Source: a virus
Taxonomy: Duplodnaviria; Heunggongvirae; Uroviricota; Caudoviricetes
Length of the DNA stretch: 7,203 bases
Virus record (IMG/VR): IMGVR_UViG_3300018486_000146
Strand: one strand, 5' to 3'
Shown here: positions 1-5,694 of the stretch, in pieces
Position numbering within the stretch: position 1 is the first letter of the stretch
Layout: each line of letters opens with the position of its first letter
The notes under the pieces: model-generated
Told to the model about the DNA's origin: nothing
Seen by the model: the letters and a program-made list of their open reading frames with translations, nothing else
Database searches by the model: none
Translations under genes and position numbers: made by a program

Positions 1-22
1 CAGACGTGTGCTCTTCCGATCT
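1..22. other. Illumina TruSeq adapter remnant (CAGACGTGTGCTCTTCCGATCT), a library artefact and not biological sequence
   Basis: Bases 1-22 are the exact reverse complement of AGATCGGAAGAGCACACGTCTG, the start of the TruSeq read-through adapter, as recalled from memory. Confidence 0.85.
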
Positions 23-119
23 CTTTATCCGGTTGTGTGGCCTCCAGCGCCAGACTTCCTGGGCAGCGCATCCATCGATGCGCTGATGATGGAGAAAGTT
101 GTGCGTGAACGTCTGGCAT
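23..119 (-). CDS. 5' part of a further early-left gene, truncated by the window edge and adapter; unknown product, possibly a PD-(D/E)XK/Cas4-like nuclease
   Basis: ATG at 119..117 lies 2 nt after the TAA of the 300-aa gene and is preceded by GGAGGG with a 6-nt spacer. The frame stays open to the adapter boundary and reads [32 protein letters not shown]. The SxSxxxRWxxCPGS pattern recalls the N-terminus of Cas4/RecB-like phage nucleases, but the fragment is too short to be sure. Confidence 0.4.
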
Positions 120-121
120 GA

Positions 122-1024
122 TTAACCCTCCAGTGCTTTTTCAGCCAGGGTGATTACTTCAGCGAGATTTTCATCCGTTACTTCACCAAGTTTCCTGGCT
201 CCCTGTTTTTCCAGAATTGCAATAGCTTCTGCCCGGTAACCCCCTTTTGCTAACTGGAGGATCAACCCTTCAGCTTGTTTGCGTAGTGCCGCGAAATCAA
301 TTGTATGGTCATCTTTGGCGTCATTATTCTGGCTGGAATTTGCTGCGTCTCTGCGTGCAAATTCTTCCTGCAGCTGAAGGTACTCAACACGGTTGATCTC
401 GATATGGCCTTTTTTCAGCATCTCGTTCAACTTGCGTAAGGTGTGGAGTTCACTGGCTGCTGTGCCGGATACATTTTTGACGTAAAACGGCCCCGTGCGT
501 TCTCCATCCTTGTTACTGGCCTTTTTCGGCTTAACTTCATCACGCCCATCCGCAGGTGCATCAAGTAGCTGCTCGGCAAAAGCACGTCGTTCGCCGATGG
601 TTGGCAGGTCGTCCCAGAACTTAAGGATGTTACGGGACAGGTCCAGGAGAGCAGGTTTAAGCAGCGCCCTGGCTCGTTTGACGCCCTGCAATGCGCTGTC
701 GAGAGCATCAATCTGAACTACTCGTTTATCGCCTTCAGCATCACGGTAGGCAACAGCACGTTGCAGCATGTCTTCTGTGATAGGGGTGGCTACCGGGTAG
801 AAACCAGCCAGTGCGATAACGTCGCTGAACTCCAGATCATCCAGTGTCATTGCCGCTGACATATTTTCAGTTTCAGTTGCTGTATCCCGACATTCCTGCA
901 CTCGTGAAATCGTGTCAGGATGCATAACAATGCCTGATGCCATTGTGCGGATAAGACGTTCAAGCAGCGCATTATGTTGTGCCAGAAGTTGATTATTAAG
1001 TTCTAGACTGGTTTCTAAACTCAT
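122..1024 (-). CDS. Hypothetical early-left protein, 300 aa, function unknown
   Basis: Long ORF with an ATG start and a GAGGA Shine-Dalgarno 7 nt upstream. Its ATG overlaps the TGA of the upstream small ORF (ATGA coupling). The protein is predicted helix-rich, has an acidic C-terminal half and is not low-complexity. No family recognised by eye. Confidence 0.8.
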   Translation of the reverse strand: MSLETSLELNNQLLAQHNALLERLIRTMASGIVMHPDTISRVQECRDTATETENMSAAMTLDDLEFSDVIALAGFYPVATPITEDMLQRAVAYRDAEGDKRVVQIDALDSALQGVKRARALLKPALLDLSRNILKFWDDLPTIGERRAFAEQLLDAPADGRDEVKPKKASNKDGERTGPFYVKNVSGTAASELHTLRKLNEMLKKGHIEINRVEYLQLQEEFARRDAANSSQNNDAKDDHTIDFAALRKQAEGLILQLAKGGYRAEAIAILEKQGARKLGEVTDENLAEVITLAEKALEG

Positions 1025-1170
1025 ACTGTGGTCCTCGCTACAAGGAGAATGAAAGTGATGATCAGACCGAGCGCAGTGGCAACGGCCAGACCGGTCATCA
1101 AATCGAAGTTTTTACGGCGATAACGGAGAACATCGCGCCCCGTCAGTCGATGGATGTGTTCAGGTTTCAT
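1021..1170 (-). CDS. Small membrane protein, 49 aa with one C-terminal transmembrane helix; possible kil-like or host-toxic early protein
   Basis: ATG at 1170 is preceded by AAGGA with a 9-nt spacer. Alternative in-frame starts are ATG 1191 and GTG 1203 (the ORF-track start). The C-terminus LMTGLAVATALGLIITFILLVA is hydrophobic. The stop overlaps the start of the 300-aa gene. Confidence 0.6.
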   Translation of the reverse strand: MKPEHIHRLTGRDVLRYRRKNFDLMTGLAVATALGLIITFILLVARTTV

Positions 1171-1227
1171 CGGTTGTATTCCTTTTTTCATATCGGGGAG
1201 CACGCTGTTGCGAGTGCGCTTTCAGAC

Positions 1228-1255
1228 ATAAAAAAGCCCGTCACGTGAGGCGGGC
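1228..1255 (-). terminator. Intrinsic terminator on the minus strand, in a tL1-like position
   Basis: On the minus strand the sequence reads GCCCG-CC-TCACGTGA-CGGGC followed by TTTTTTAT: a GC-rich stem then a U6 tract. On the plus strand the A-run precedes the hairpin, so it is unidirectional. It sits between the Cys-rich ORF and the downstream early-left genes. Confidence 0.55.
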
Positions 1256-1286
1256 AAAGACTACACACAGCAATTACATGGATGAT

Positions 1287-1481
1287 TCAGTTGGTATTGT
1301 GCGTACGTGGTACCACAAGGTTGAAGCGGACACGCCAGTGCGTTGCAATGGTATGCAGGAAAGCACCACATCCAGGGCAGTGCTCATAACATTCGTTGAT
1401 TTGGTATCGTTTTGGCTTTGGTGTCAGAAGCTGTGTTTGGCAAGCAGGGCATTCACCTTTGAGCGGTTTATACGTTTTCAC
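1287..1481 (-). CDS. Small Cys-rich protein, 64 aa, putative zinc ribbon (CPAC ... CYEHCPGC)
   Basis: GTG start at 1481 preceded by GAGGA with a 6-nt spacer. Five cysteines in a CxxC...CxxxCxxC arrangement. It is the first ORF downstream of the putative pL and is followed about 30 nt later by the terminator. Only 64 aa with a GTG start, so moderate confidence. Confidence 0.45.
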   Translation of the reverse strand: MKTYKPLKGECPACQTQLLTPKPKRYQINECYEHCPGCGAFLHTIATHWRVRFNLVVPRTHNTN

Positions 1482-1648
1482 GCCGTTTCCTCATTCAGTT
1501 CACTTTGGTGGTTCGGCGGCTTCGACTTGTATCAGTAGACAGTGCTTCGCCGCACCCCAAAGGGAACTTACTGACCCGTATTGCCGACATCCTGTCCCGC
1601 CACGGTCCCGACGCATGGATTAGAGTCGCGCCGTTCGACTTGTGGCTA

Positions 1649-1677
1649 AAGATACAATTTGAGTTGTATTGTGTAAA
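1649..1677 (-). promoter_or_regulatory. Candidate pL-like leftward promoter (-35 TTTACA, 17-bp spacer, -10 TATCTT) overlapping the left operator
   Basis: Read on the minus strand: TTTACA (plus 1677..1672), 17 nt, TATCTT (plus 1654..1649). The -10 is weak, and the transcription start is not determinable from sequence alone. Confidence 0.3.
1654..1667. promoter_or_regulatory. Candidate left operator: 14-bp 434-type site ACAATTTGAGTTGT
   Basis: Matches ACAA-N6-TTGT, the operator pattern of phage 434-family repressors. Its flank (TTGTATT followed by a -35-like hexamer on the minus strand) parallels the OR-A site at 2475-2488. Confidence 0.5.
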
Positions 1678-1764
1678 CCACAAATGTGGTATTTTGTGGG
1701 GTGTGAATACTACTTTATTGATATTTAAGTGAATTTAATTTGTAAGACTTTACAAATGGGGTAA

Positions 1765-1784
1765 GGGAGGCTGTTACGCCTCCC
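1765..1784 (-). terminator. GC-rich hairpin just 3' of cI; possible terminator or insulator for the cI transcript
   Basis: GGGAGGC-tgttac-GCCTCCC is a perfect 7-bp stem, 20 nt downstream of the cI stop. The following T tract is interrupted on both strands, so the strength is uncertain. Confidence 0.4.
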
Positions 1785-1803
1785 GATATTTACGGTGGGA
1801 ATA

Positions 1804-2427
1804 CTAACGTTTACGGCGGTAAATACGGTGTTCGATCATTACACCTATGATCTGTAAGTTCATATCTGCACTACGAAAAATAGGGTAATCAGGATTTAGG
1901 GGGATTAATTCAAAGTCGTCGATGCCGATTCCTAATGGACGGTATTTTTTAAATGTAGCTTCGTGGCCGTCGTTTTTGGCGACAACAAACTCCCCTGGTG
2001 CAGGACATAGATCAGGATCGATGATAACAATGTCTCCTTCTTTAAACTCTGGTTGCATGCTGTCGCCATCGATACGTAATGCGAAGCATGTTTCTGGAAT
2101 GTCAGAGTCTGCCAAAATATATTCAAATTCCCCTGTCAGATCTGTTATGTCTCTTGCTTCTGTAAGCTCTCCTGCCTGAACGTAACTTAATATAGGTATG
2201 CGTCTGGTACTTATCTCCGCGAGAGGCATAATATTTTTACCGTTCAGTAGCCAGTCTGGGCTACATTTCAAGGCCTTAGCCAGATCCAGAAGATTGCGTG
2301 GCTTTCTGGTTCGTCCACTTTCGATGGATTCTATGGATTGTTGGCTAACCCCTGCAGAATTCGCTACTTCCACTTGAGTCATTCCTAATTCCAAACGACG
2401 TGCTTTAAAACGGGCTGCGAGAGACAT
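1804..2427 (-). CDS. cI: cI-type prophage repressor: N-terminal XRE/434-like HTH plus C-terminal LexA-like S24 autopeptidase domain
   Basis: The HTH region (MTQVEVANSAGVSQQSIESIESGRTRKPRNLLDLAKALKCSPDWLLNGK) aligns with the phage 434 repressor DNA-binding domain as recalled. The C-terminal domain carries an Ala-Gly cleavage site (VQAGEL), a GDSM serine motif and a downstream lysine (FKKY), typical of RecA-stimulated autocleavage. Start set at ATG 2427 (AAGGA 8 nt upstream), not the ORF-track start at 2478, which falls inside the operator region. Confidence 0.93.
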   Translation of the reverse strand: MSLAARFKARRLELGMTQVEVANSAGVSQQSIESIESGRTRKPRNLLDLAKALKCSPDWLLNGKNIMPLAEISTRRIPILSYVQAGELTEARDITDLTGEFEYILADSDIPETCFALRIDGDSMQPEFKEGDIVIIDPDLCPAPGEFVVAKNDGHEATFKKYRPLGIGIDDFELIPLNPDYPIFRSADMNLQIIGVMIEHRIYRRKR

Positions 2428-2450
2428 GGGATTAGTCCTTCTGGGTTGTA

Positions 2451-2472
2451 TTAATGTGTATCCCCACATTAA
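2451..2472. promoter_or_regulatory. 22-bp inverted repeat TTAATGTG-N6-CACATTAA in the cI-proximal part of the switch; unassigned protein-binding site
   Basis: Perfect 8-bp arms with a 6-bp spacer, 25-45 bp upstream of the cI start codon. It differs from the ACAA-N6-TTGT operators. A related AATGTGG / CCACAAATGTGG motif occurs at 1678-1689 near the left operator. Confidence 0.4.
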
Positions 2473-2474
2473 AA

Positions 2475-2488
2475 ACAATTTTTGTTGT
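2475..2488. promoter_or_regulatory. Right operator site OR-A (ACAATTTTTGTTGT), 434-type
   Basis: Exact ACAA-N6-TTGT match, immediately upstream of the -35 TTGACA of the rightward promoter. Confidence 0.5.
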
Positions 2489-2490
2489 AT

Positions 2491-2520
2491 TTGACAAACC
2501 TCGTTTGTTGTTGCTAAATA
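2491..2520 (+). promoter_or_regulatory. pR-like rightward promoter for cro and the primase-helicase (-35 TTGACA, 17-bp spacer, -10 CTAAAT/TAAATA)
   Basis: Consensus -35 TTGACA at 2491-2496; -10-like hexamer at 2514-2520; about 25 nt upstream of the cro ATG. Operator sites overlap it. Confidence 0.5.
2494..2508. promoter_or_regulatory. Right operator site OR-B (ACAAAC-CTC-GTTTGT), a perfect inverted repeat overlapping the pR -35/spacer
   Basis: Perfect 6-bp arms around a 3-bp centre. ACAA/TTGT ends as in 434 operators, but 15 bp long rather than 14. Confidence 0.45.
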
Positions 2521-2533
2521 CCACTAAAATTGT
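2520..2533. promoter_or_regulatory. Right operator site OR-C (ACCACTAAAATTGT), a degenerate 434-type site over the pR start region
   Basis: ACCA-N6-TTGT, one mismatch to the pattern, between the -10 and the cro ribosome-binding site. Confidence 0.35.
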
Positions 2534-2547
2534 ATGAGGTGAAAGCA

Positions 2548-2760
2548 ATGACCTTAGCGACCCGAGTAAAAGAACGACGTAAAGAACTCAAAATGACGCA
2601 AGTTACGTTGGCTGAGCTCACAGGAGTGAGCCAGCAGGCAATAAACAGAATTGAAAGTGGTGTTATTGCTCGGCCACGTTATCTTCTTGAAATGTCTATA
2701 GCATTGGATTGCGACCCTAATTGGCTGTTGTATGGCTCACAAAACGATAAAAAGGCGTAG
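2548..2760 (+). CDS. cro: Cro-like HTH repressor, 70 aa, phage 434 Cro family
   Basis: ATG 2548 with GAGGTG 6 nt upstream (the ORF-track start at 2530 is TTG). The sequence MTLATRVKERRKELKMTQVTLAELTGVSQQAINRIESGVIARPRYLLEMSIALDCDPNWLLYGSQNDKKA aligns along its length with 434 Cro as recalled. Divergent from cI across the operator region. Confidence 0.9.
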   Translation: MTLATRVKERRKELKMTQVTLAELTGVSQQAINRIESGVIARPRYLLEMSIALDCDPNWLLYGSQNDKKA

Positions 2761-2766
2761 CTCCCC

Positions 2767-4959
2767 ATGTCCGATAGCAAACCATGGGGAGCTACGCCTG
2801 ATGAGTGGTTTCATTTCGACCTGGTATTGGGGAGAACTGATCATCTTCTCCCAGTTGTATGTAACCCCAGTGCGACCATATCCCCTGATAGTAAACTGAA
2901 AGCGTTGGGTAAGACGCCGAGTCGCTATAACCGGGACCGCCAGGTCACCGGTATTGCTCAATGGACCGGGCATGTTGTTACTGAGCATGATTTTGCCCGC
3001 TGGTCGAATGAACCGGATTATGGCATCTGCGTGCGTACAGGCCATGGCTGGCTGGCGCTGGACTGTGATAGCGAAGATGAAGACATTCATGCAGATATTC
3101 GCAAAACGCTTGTGCAACTTCTGGGTGAGTTGCCGCCGCGACGCTGGCGAGCAAACAGTAATAAGTGTCTGTATCTGCTGGCCGTTGATGGTGATTTCCG
3201 TAAGCGTATCCATCGCCTGGCGGGGGATATGGGCATTATCGAGTTGCTGGCGAACGGGCAGCAGTTCGTTGCCTGCGGTACGCACAGCAGCGGCGCGCGT
3301 ATTGAATGGGACGGCGGTTTGCCGGATGAACCTCCGGCTATTACTGGTGAGCAGCTTGAAACGCTGTGGCAGCGCCTGGCTGAACAACTCCCTGTGTCGG
3401 TAACCACCGAAGCGGGCAACACGAAGATGCGCGACCGATCAGCATTCACGCCCGGCGCGACGGATGATACAGCTGAATATCTTGATGCCAATGGCTGGAC
3501 GCTGCTGGATGGCGCAAATGGTGAACGATATATCCGCTGTCCGTTTGAAGACGGCCACAGTAGCGGGGGCGATCCAACAAGCACAGTTTATTTTCCTGCG
3601 GGAACCGCGGGCTTTGAGCAGGGGCATTTTAAATGCCTGCATGCCAGTTGTGCGCATCGTGATGACGGAGATTTCCTTAATGCCATCGGGATCCGCAACG
3701 ACGATTTCGAAGATCTGACCAGCACCGAAGTGGCGGAACCTTTACCGCTGCCTGCTTTCGAGCGTGATAAATGGGGGCGTATCGAGGCAACAATCAGCAA
3801 CGCAGCCAAAGCAGTAGTACGCCCTGATTTTGTGGACATCGATATTCGCTTTGACCAGTTCCGCGACGAAATCATGTTTGCCCCTGCAGGATCCGGACAA
3901 TGGCGGGCATTCACCGATGCGGATTATGCGCGCCTGCGCATCACGATGGAAAAGCGGGGATTTAAACCTGTTGGTCGTGAACTTATTCGCGATGTGGTGT
4001 TACTTGCAGCCGATGAACAACCATTCGATTCAGCGATCACCTGGCTGAACGGACTGGAGTGGGATGGCGTGCCGCGCATCGAATGTTTCTACCATACGCA
4101 CTTCGGTACAGCCGACACGCCTTATACCCGTGCGGTGTCTATGTACATGTGGACCGCGTTGGCGGGGCGAGTACTGGAGCCAGGCATCAAAGCGGATATG
4201 GTGCCGATCCTCGTTGGTCCGCAGGGCTGCGGTAAGTCTTCCGGAGTGGAGGCACTGAGCCCTGATCCTGCGTTTTTTACTGAAATCTCTTTTGCCGAAA
4301 AAGACGATGATCTCGCTCGAAAAATGCGTGGTCGGCTGGTGGCAGAGATTGGTGAACTGCGCGGACTTAATACCAAAGAGCTGGAGTCAATCAAAGCGTT
4401 TGTGACGCGTACTCACGAAAACTGGATCCCGAAATACCGGGAGTTCGCCACCCAGTTTCCTCGTCGCCTGGTGTTCGTTGGTACCACCAATGAGGACGAA
4501 TTCCTTGCGGACAAGACTGGTAACCGTCGCTGGCTCCCCGTGGAAGTGTCGAAAGTCGACGTGAAAGCGATAAAAAGAGATCTCCTTTTACTTTGGGCTG
4601 AGGCTCGTGAGGTGTTTCAGCGTCTGGGGGGTATCCAGTTCCGTGAGGCTGAACAACTGGCAGCGAGTGTCCATGAACAGTACACCATCAAGGATGCTTG
4701 GCTTGAAACGGTAGAGAAATGGCTCGACACGCCAGACCTGATGACTAATGAACTTCCGCGAAATTGCGAATTTTTACGCGCAAGTGATGTTTTGCGTGAT
4801 GCGATTGGGCTAAATCCTGACCGCATCGGAAAACGCGAAGAAATGCGAATTAGTAATGTTTTGCAAAATTGCGGGTATAAGCGTGCCCAAAGGCGAATTG
4901 GGGGGAAAATGACTCGAATTTTTGAGGCGGTGTCCCAACCTGTACCAACCTCAAAATAG
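2767..4959 (+). CDS. Replication initiator: primase-polymerase N-terminal domain, zinc-binding Cys/His cluster, and C-terminal P-loop SF3/D5/VirE-like helicase domain (730 aa)
   Basis: N-terminal DxD motif (LALDCDSEDED) and GTHSSG, consistent with prim-pol. Cys/His cluster CPFEDGH...HFKCLHASCAH. Walker A GPQGCGKSS and an SF3-like motif C (VFVGTTNE). Starts 6 bp after the cro stop. Iterons lie at and after its 3' end. Confidence 0.92.
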   Translation: MSDSKPWGATPDEWFHFDLVLGRTDHLLPVVCNPSATISPDSKLKALGKTPSRYNRDRQVTGIAQWTGHVVTEHDFARWSNEPDYGICVRTGHGWLALDCDSEDEDIHADIRKTLVQLLGELPPRRWRANSNKCLYLLAVDGDFRKRIHRLAGDMGIIELLANGQQFVACGTHSSGARIEWDGGLPDEPPAITGEQLETLWQRLAEQLPVSVTTEAGNTKMRDRSAFTPGATDDTAEYLDANGWTLLDGANGERYIRCPFEDGHSSGGDPTSTVYFPAGTAGFEQGHFKCLHASCAHRDDGDFLNAIGIRNDDFEDLTSTEVAEPLPLPAFERDKWGRIEATISNAAKAVVRPDFVDIDIRFDQFRDEIMFAPAGSGQWRAFTDADYARLRITMEKRGFKPVGRELIRDVVLLAADEQPFDSAITWLNGLEWDGVPRIECFYHTHFGTADTPYTRAVSMYMWTALAGRVLEPGIKADMVPILVGPQGCGKSSGVEALSPDPAFFTEISFAEKDDDLARKMRGRLVAEIGELRGLNTKELESIKAFVTRTHENWIPKYREFATQFPRRLVFVGTTNEDEFLADKTGNRRWLPVEVSKVDVKAIKRDLLLLWAEAREVFQRLGGIQFREAEQLAASVHEQYTIKDAWLETVEKWLDTPDLMTNELPRNCEFLRASDVLRDAIGLNPDRIGKREEMRISNVLQNCGYKRAQRRIGGKMTRIFEAVSQPVPTSK

Positions 4960-5112
4960 ATGTTGGTACATTTTAACTAATTGAATTTAAAGGCCGGTAC
5001 CAACTGTACCATCTGTACCAACCTAATTACTAAGAACCCCATATATATATATAAGTCGCTTGGGGAAAAGGTTTGAAAAGAGCTGGTACAGGTGGGTACA
5101 GGTTGGTACAGG
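4931..5112. repeat. Iteron array flanking an (AT)n tract: putative phage origin of replication
   Basis: Core TGTACCA(ACC) in direct orientation at 4931-4950 (two tandem 10-mers inside the primase 3' end), 4996-5004, 5005-5013 and 5014-5023. ATATATATATATA at 5041-5053. Inverted copies (C/T)(T/G)GGTACAGG at 5083-5092, 5093-5102 and 5103-5112 with exact 10-bp periodicity, plus one inverted copy at 4961-4970. Confidence 0.65.
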
Positions 5113-5167
5113 CCGAACAAGGAATTTTTTGCGCATAACAGCGTGTAATAAGCGAATCGGAACTGCG

Positions 5168-5176
5168 TTATCCACA
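5168..5176 (+). promoter_or_regulatory. Consensus DnaA box TTATCCACA next to the iteron origin
   Basis: Exact 9/9 match to TTATCCACA, about 55 bp downstream of the last iteron. An inverted GGATAA follows 8 bp later. A single 9-mer can occur by chance (roughly 5% expectation in this window), so the location is what gives it weight. Confidence 0.45.
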
Positions 5177-5240
5177 CCCACGGATAAACAAACGTGGTTC
5201 TCAGAAAATTTTTTCGTAGCAAAACGTAGAGGTCAGAGCT

Positions 5241-5663
5241 ATGCGTAATATTCAACAGGTTTTAGAGCGCTGGGGTGGCTGGGCAGCGAGTGAAGGTGGT
5301 AGCGTCTACTTTCCTCCTGTTGCAGCCGGGTTTAAGAATCTGCTACCCGCGACGCAGTCTGGAAGGCTGAAATGCAGTGACAATGACGGACTTATCATCA
5401 ACTCCGCTATGAGCTGCCTGAAGAAAAAAGATCCGTATCTGTGCACGCTCCTTGAGTGGCATTACGTCCAGGCCATGCCCGTGCGGGCGATGGGTGAGAA
5501 GCTCGGCGTATCTCACACCCACGTTCTGAAGAGGCTTCAGGCGGCAGAGGGATTTATTGACGGTTGCTTAGCCATGCTGGATGTGGTGCTCGAAATGGAT
5601 CAGTCGGTTCAGTCAAAGCCTCAGGCTATCAGGACTTTGCGTAGGAGCTGCTCGGCGGCATAA
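5241..5663 (+). CDS. Q: Late-gene antiterminator Q, phage 82 / QuuD family (140 aa)
   Basis: ATG 5241 with TAGAGG upstream. Motifs LERWGGWAA, AAGFKNL and KRLQAAEGFIDGCLAMLDVVLEMD align with the E. coli DLP12 QuuD antiterminator as recalled (LERWGAWAA, AAGFKGL, KRLQKAEGIIEGMLMALDIRLEMD). Confidence 0.82.
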   Translation: MRNIQQVLERWGGWAASEGGSVYFPPVAAGFKNLLPATQSGRLKCSDNDGLIINSAMSCLKKKDPYLCTLLEWHYVQAMPVRAMGEKLGVSHTHVLKRLQAAEGFIDGCLAMLDVVLEMDQSVQSKPQAIRTLRRSCSAA

Positions 5664-5664
5664 T
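5637..5664 (+). promoter_or_regulatory. Candidate late promoter pR' at the 3' end of Q (-35 TTGCGT, 16-bp spacer, -10 CATAAT); tentative
   Basis: This is the position where lambdoid pR' promoters sit, immediately after Q. The hexamers are only moderate matches and no Q-utilisation or pause element could be verified by eye. An alternative location is the AT-rich 6128-6357 region. Confidence 0.25.
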
Positions 5665-5694
5665 ATCCAGCAATCAATCACGTAAGGGAACCAG

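Noticed and set aside
427-716. ORFs 427..711 (minus) and 495..716 (plus) inside the 300-aa gene
   Set aside because: Off-frame or antisense to the long ORF, compositionally biased, and without start signals.
1521-1643. Two copies of the 10-mer TTCGACTTGT (1521-1530 and 1634-1643) in the pL leader
   Set aside because: A single exact 10-mer pair within about 110 bp is expected roughly once by chance in a window this size. Noted as a possible RNA or protein site, but not significant on its own.
1245-1732. Plus-strand ORFs 1245..1538, 1396..1623 and 1505..1732, and minus-strand ORF 1495..1683, in the early-left leader
   Set aside because: Non-ATG starts that fall inside the terminator hairpin or the operator, with no Shine-Dalgarno. 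They run against the direction of the operon or overlap the better-supported Cys-rich ORF. The Arg-rich tail of 1495..1683 was checked as a possible N-like arginine-rich motif, but it is C-terminal and the only internal ATG has no usable ribosome-binding site.
1922-2179. ORFs 1922..2179 (plus) and 1932..2126 (minus) within cI
   Set aside because: Embedded in the cI coding region in other frames; no independent support.
2451-2472. CRP-binding site interpretation of the TTAATGTG-N6-CACATTAA palindrome
   Set aside because: CRP sites have TGTGA-N6-TCACA, which puts 8 bp between the TGTG and CACA cores. Here the cores are separated by 6 bp, so the half-site spacing does not fit.
2428-2547. Longer ORF-track starts for cI (2478) and cro (2530, TTG)
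   Set aside because: These starts lie inside the operator and promoter region and lack Shine-Dalgarno sequences. Internal ATGs at 2427 and 2548 have good ribosome-binding sites and give proteins that align with 434 cI and Cro from residue 1.
2737-4826. Ten overlapping or antisense ORFs of 64-216 aa inside the primase-helicase gene (for example 2737..3387 minus, 2954..3403 plus, 3087..3584 minus, 3588..3914 minus, 4617..4826 minus)
   Set aside because: They lie entirely within, or antisense to, a long well-supported gene with recognisable motifs. Their translations are Arg/Ser/Ala-rich and low in complexity, typical of off-frame reading of GC-rich coding DNA, and none has a credible ribosome-binding site.
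4931-5112. CRISPR array interpretation of the GTACCA repeats
   Set aside because: The repeats are only 7-10 bp, occur in both orientations at 9-10-bp spacing without unique spacers, and flank an AT-rich tract. That is an iteron origin, not a CRISPR array.
4977-5255. ORFs 4977..5255 (minus) and 5060..5248 (plus) across the origin and Q leader
   Set aside because: They span the iterons, the (AT)n tract and the DnaA box, have no ribosome-binding sites, and their translations are repeat-derived.
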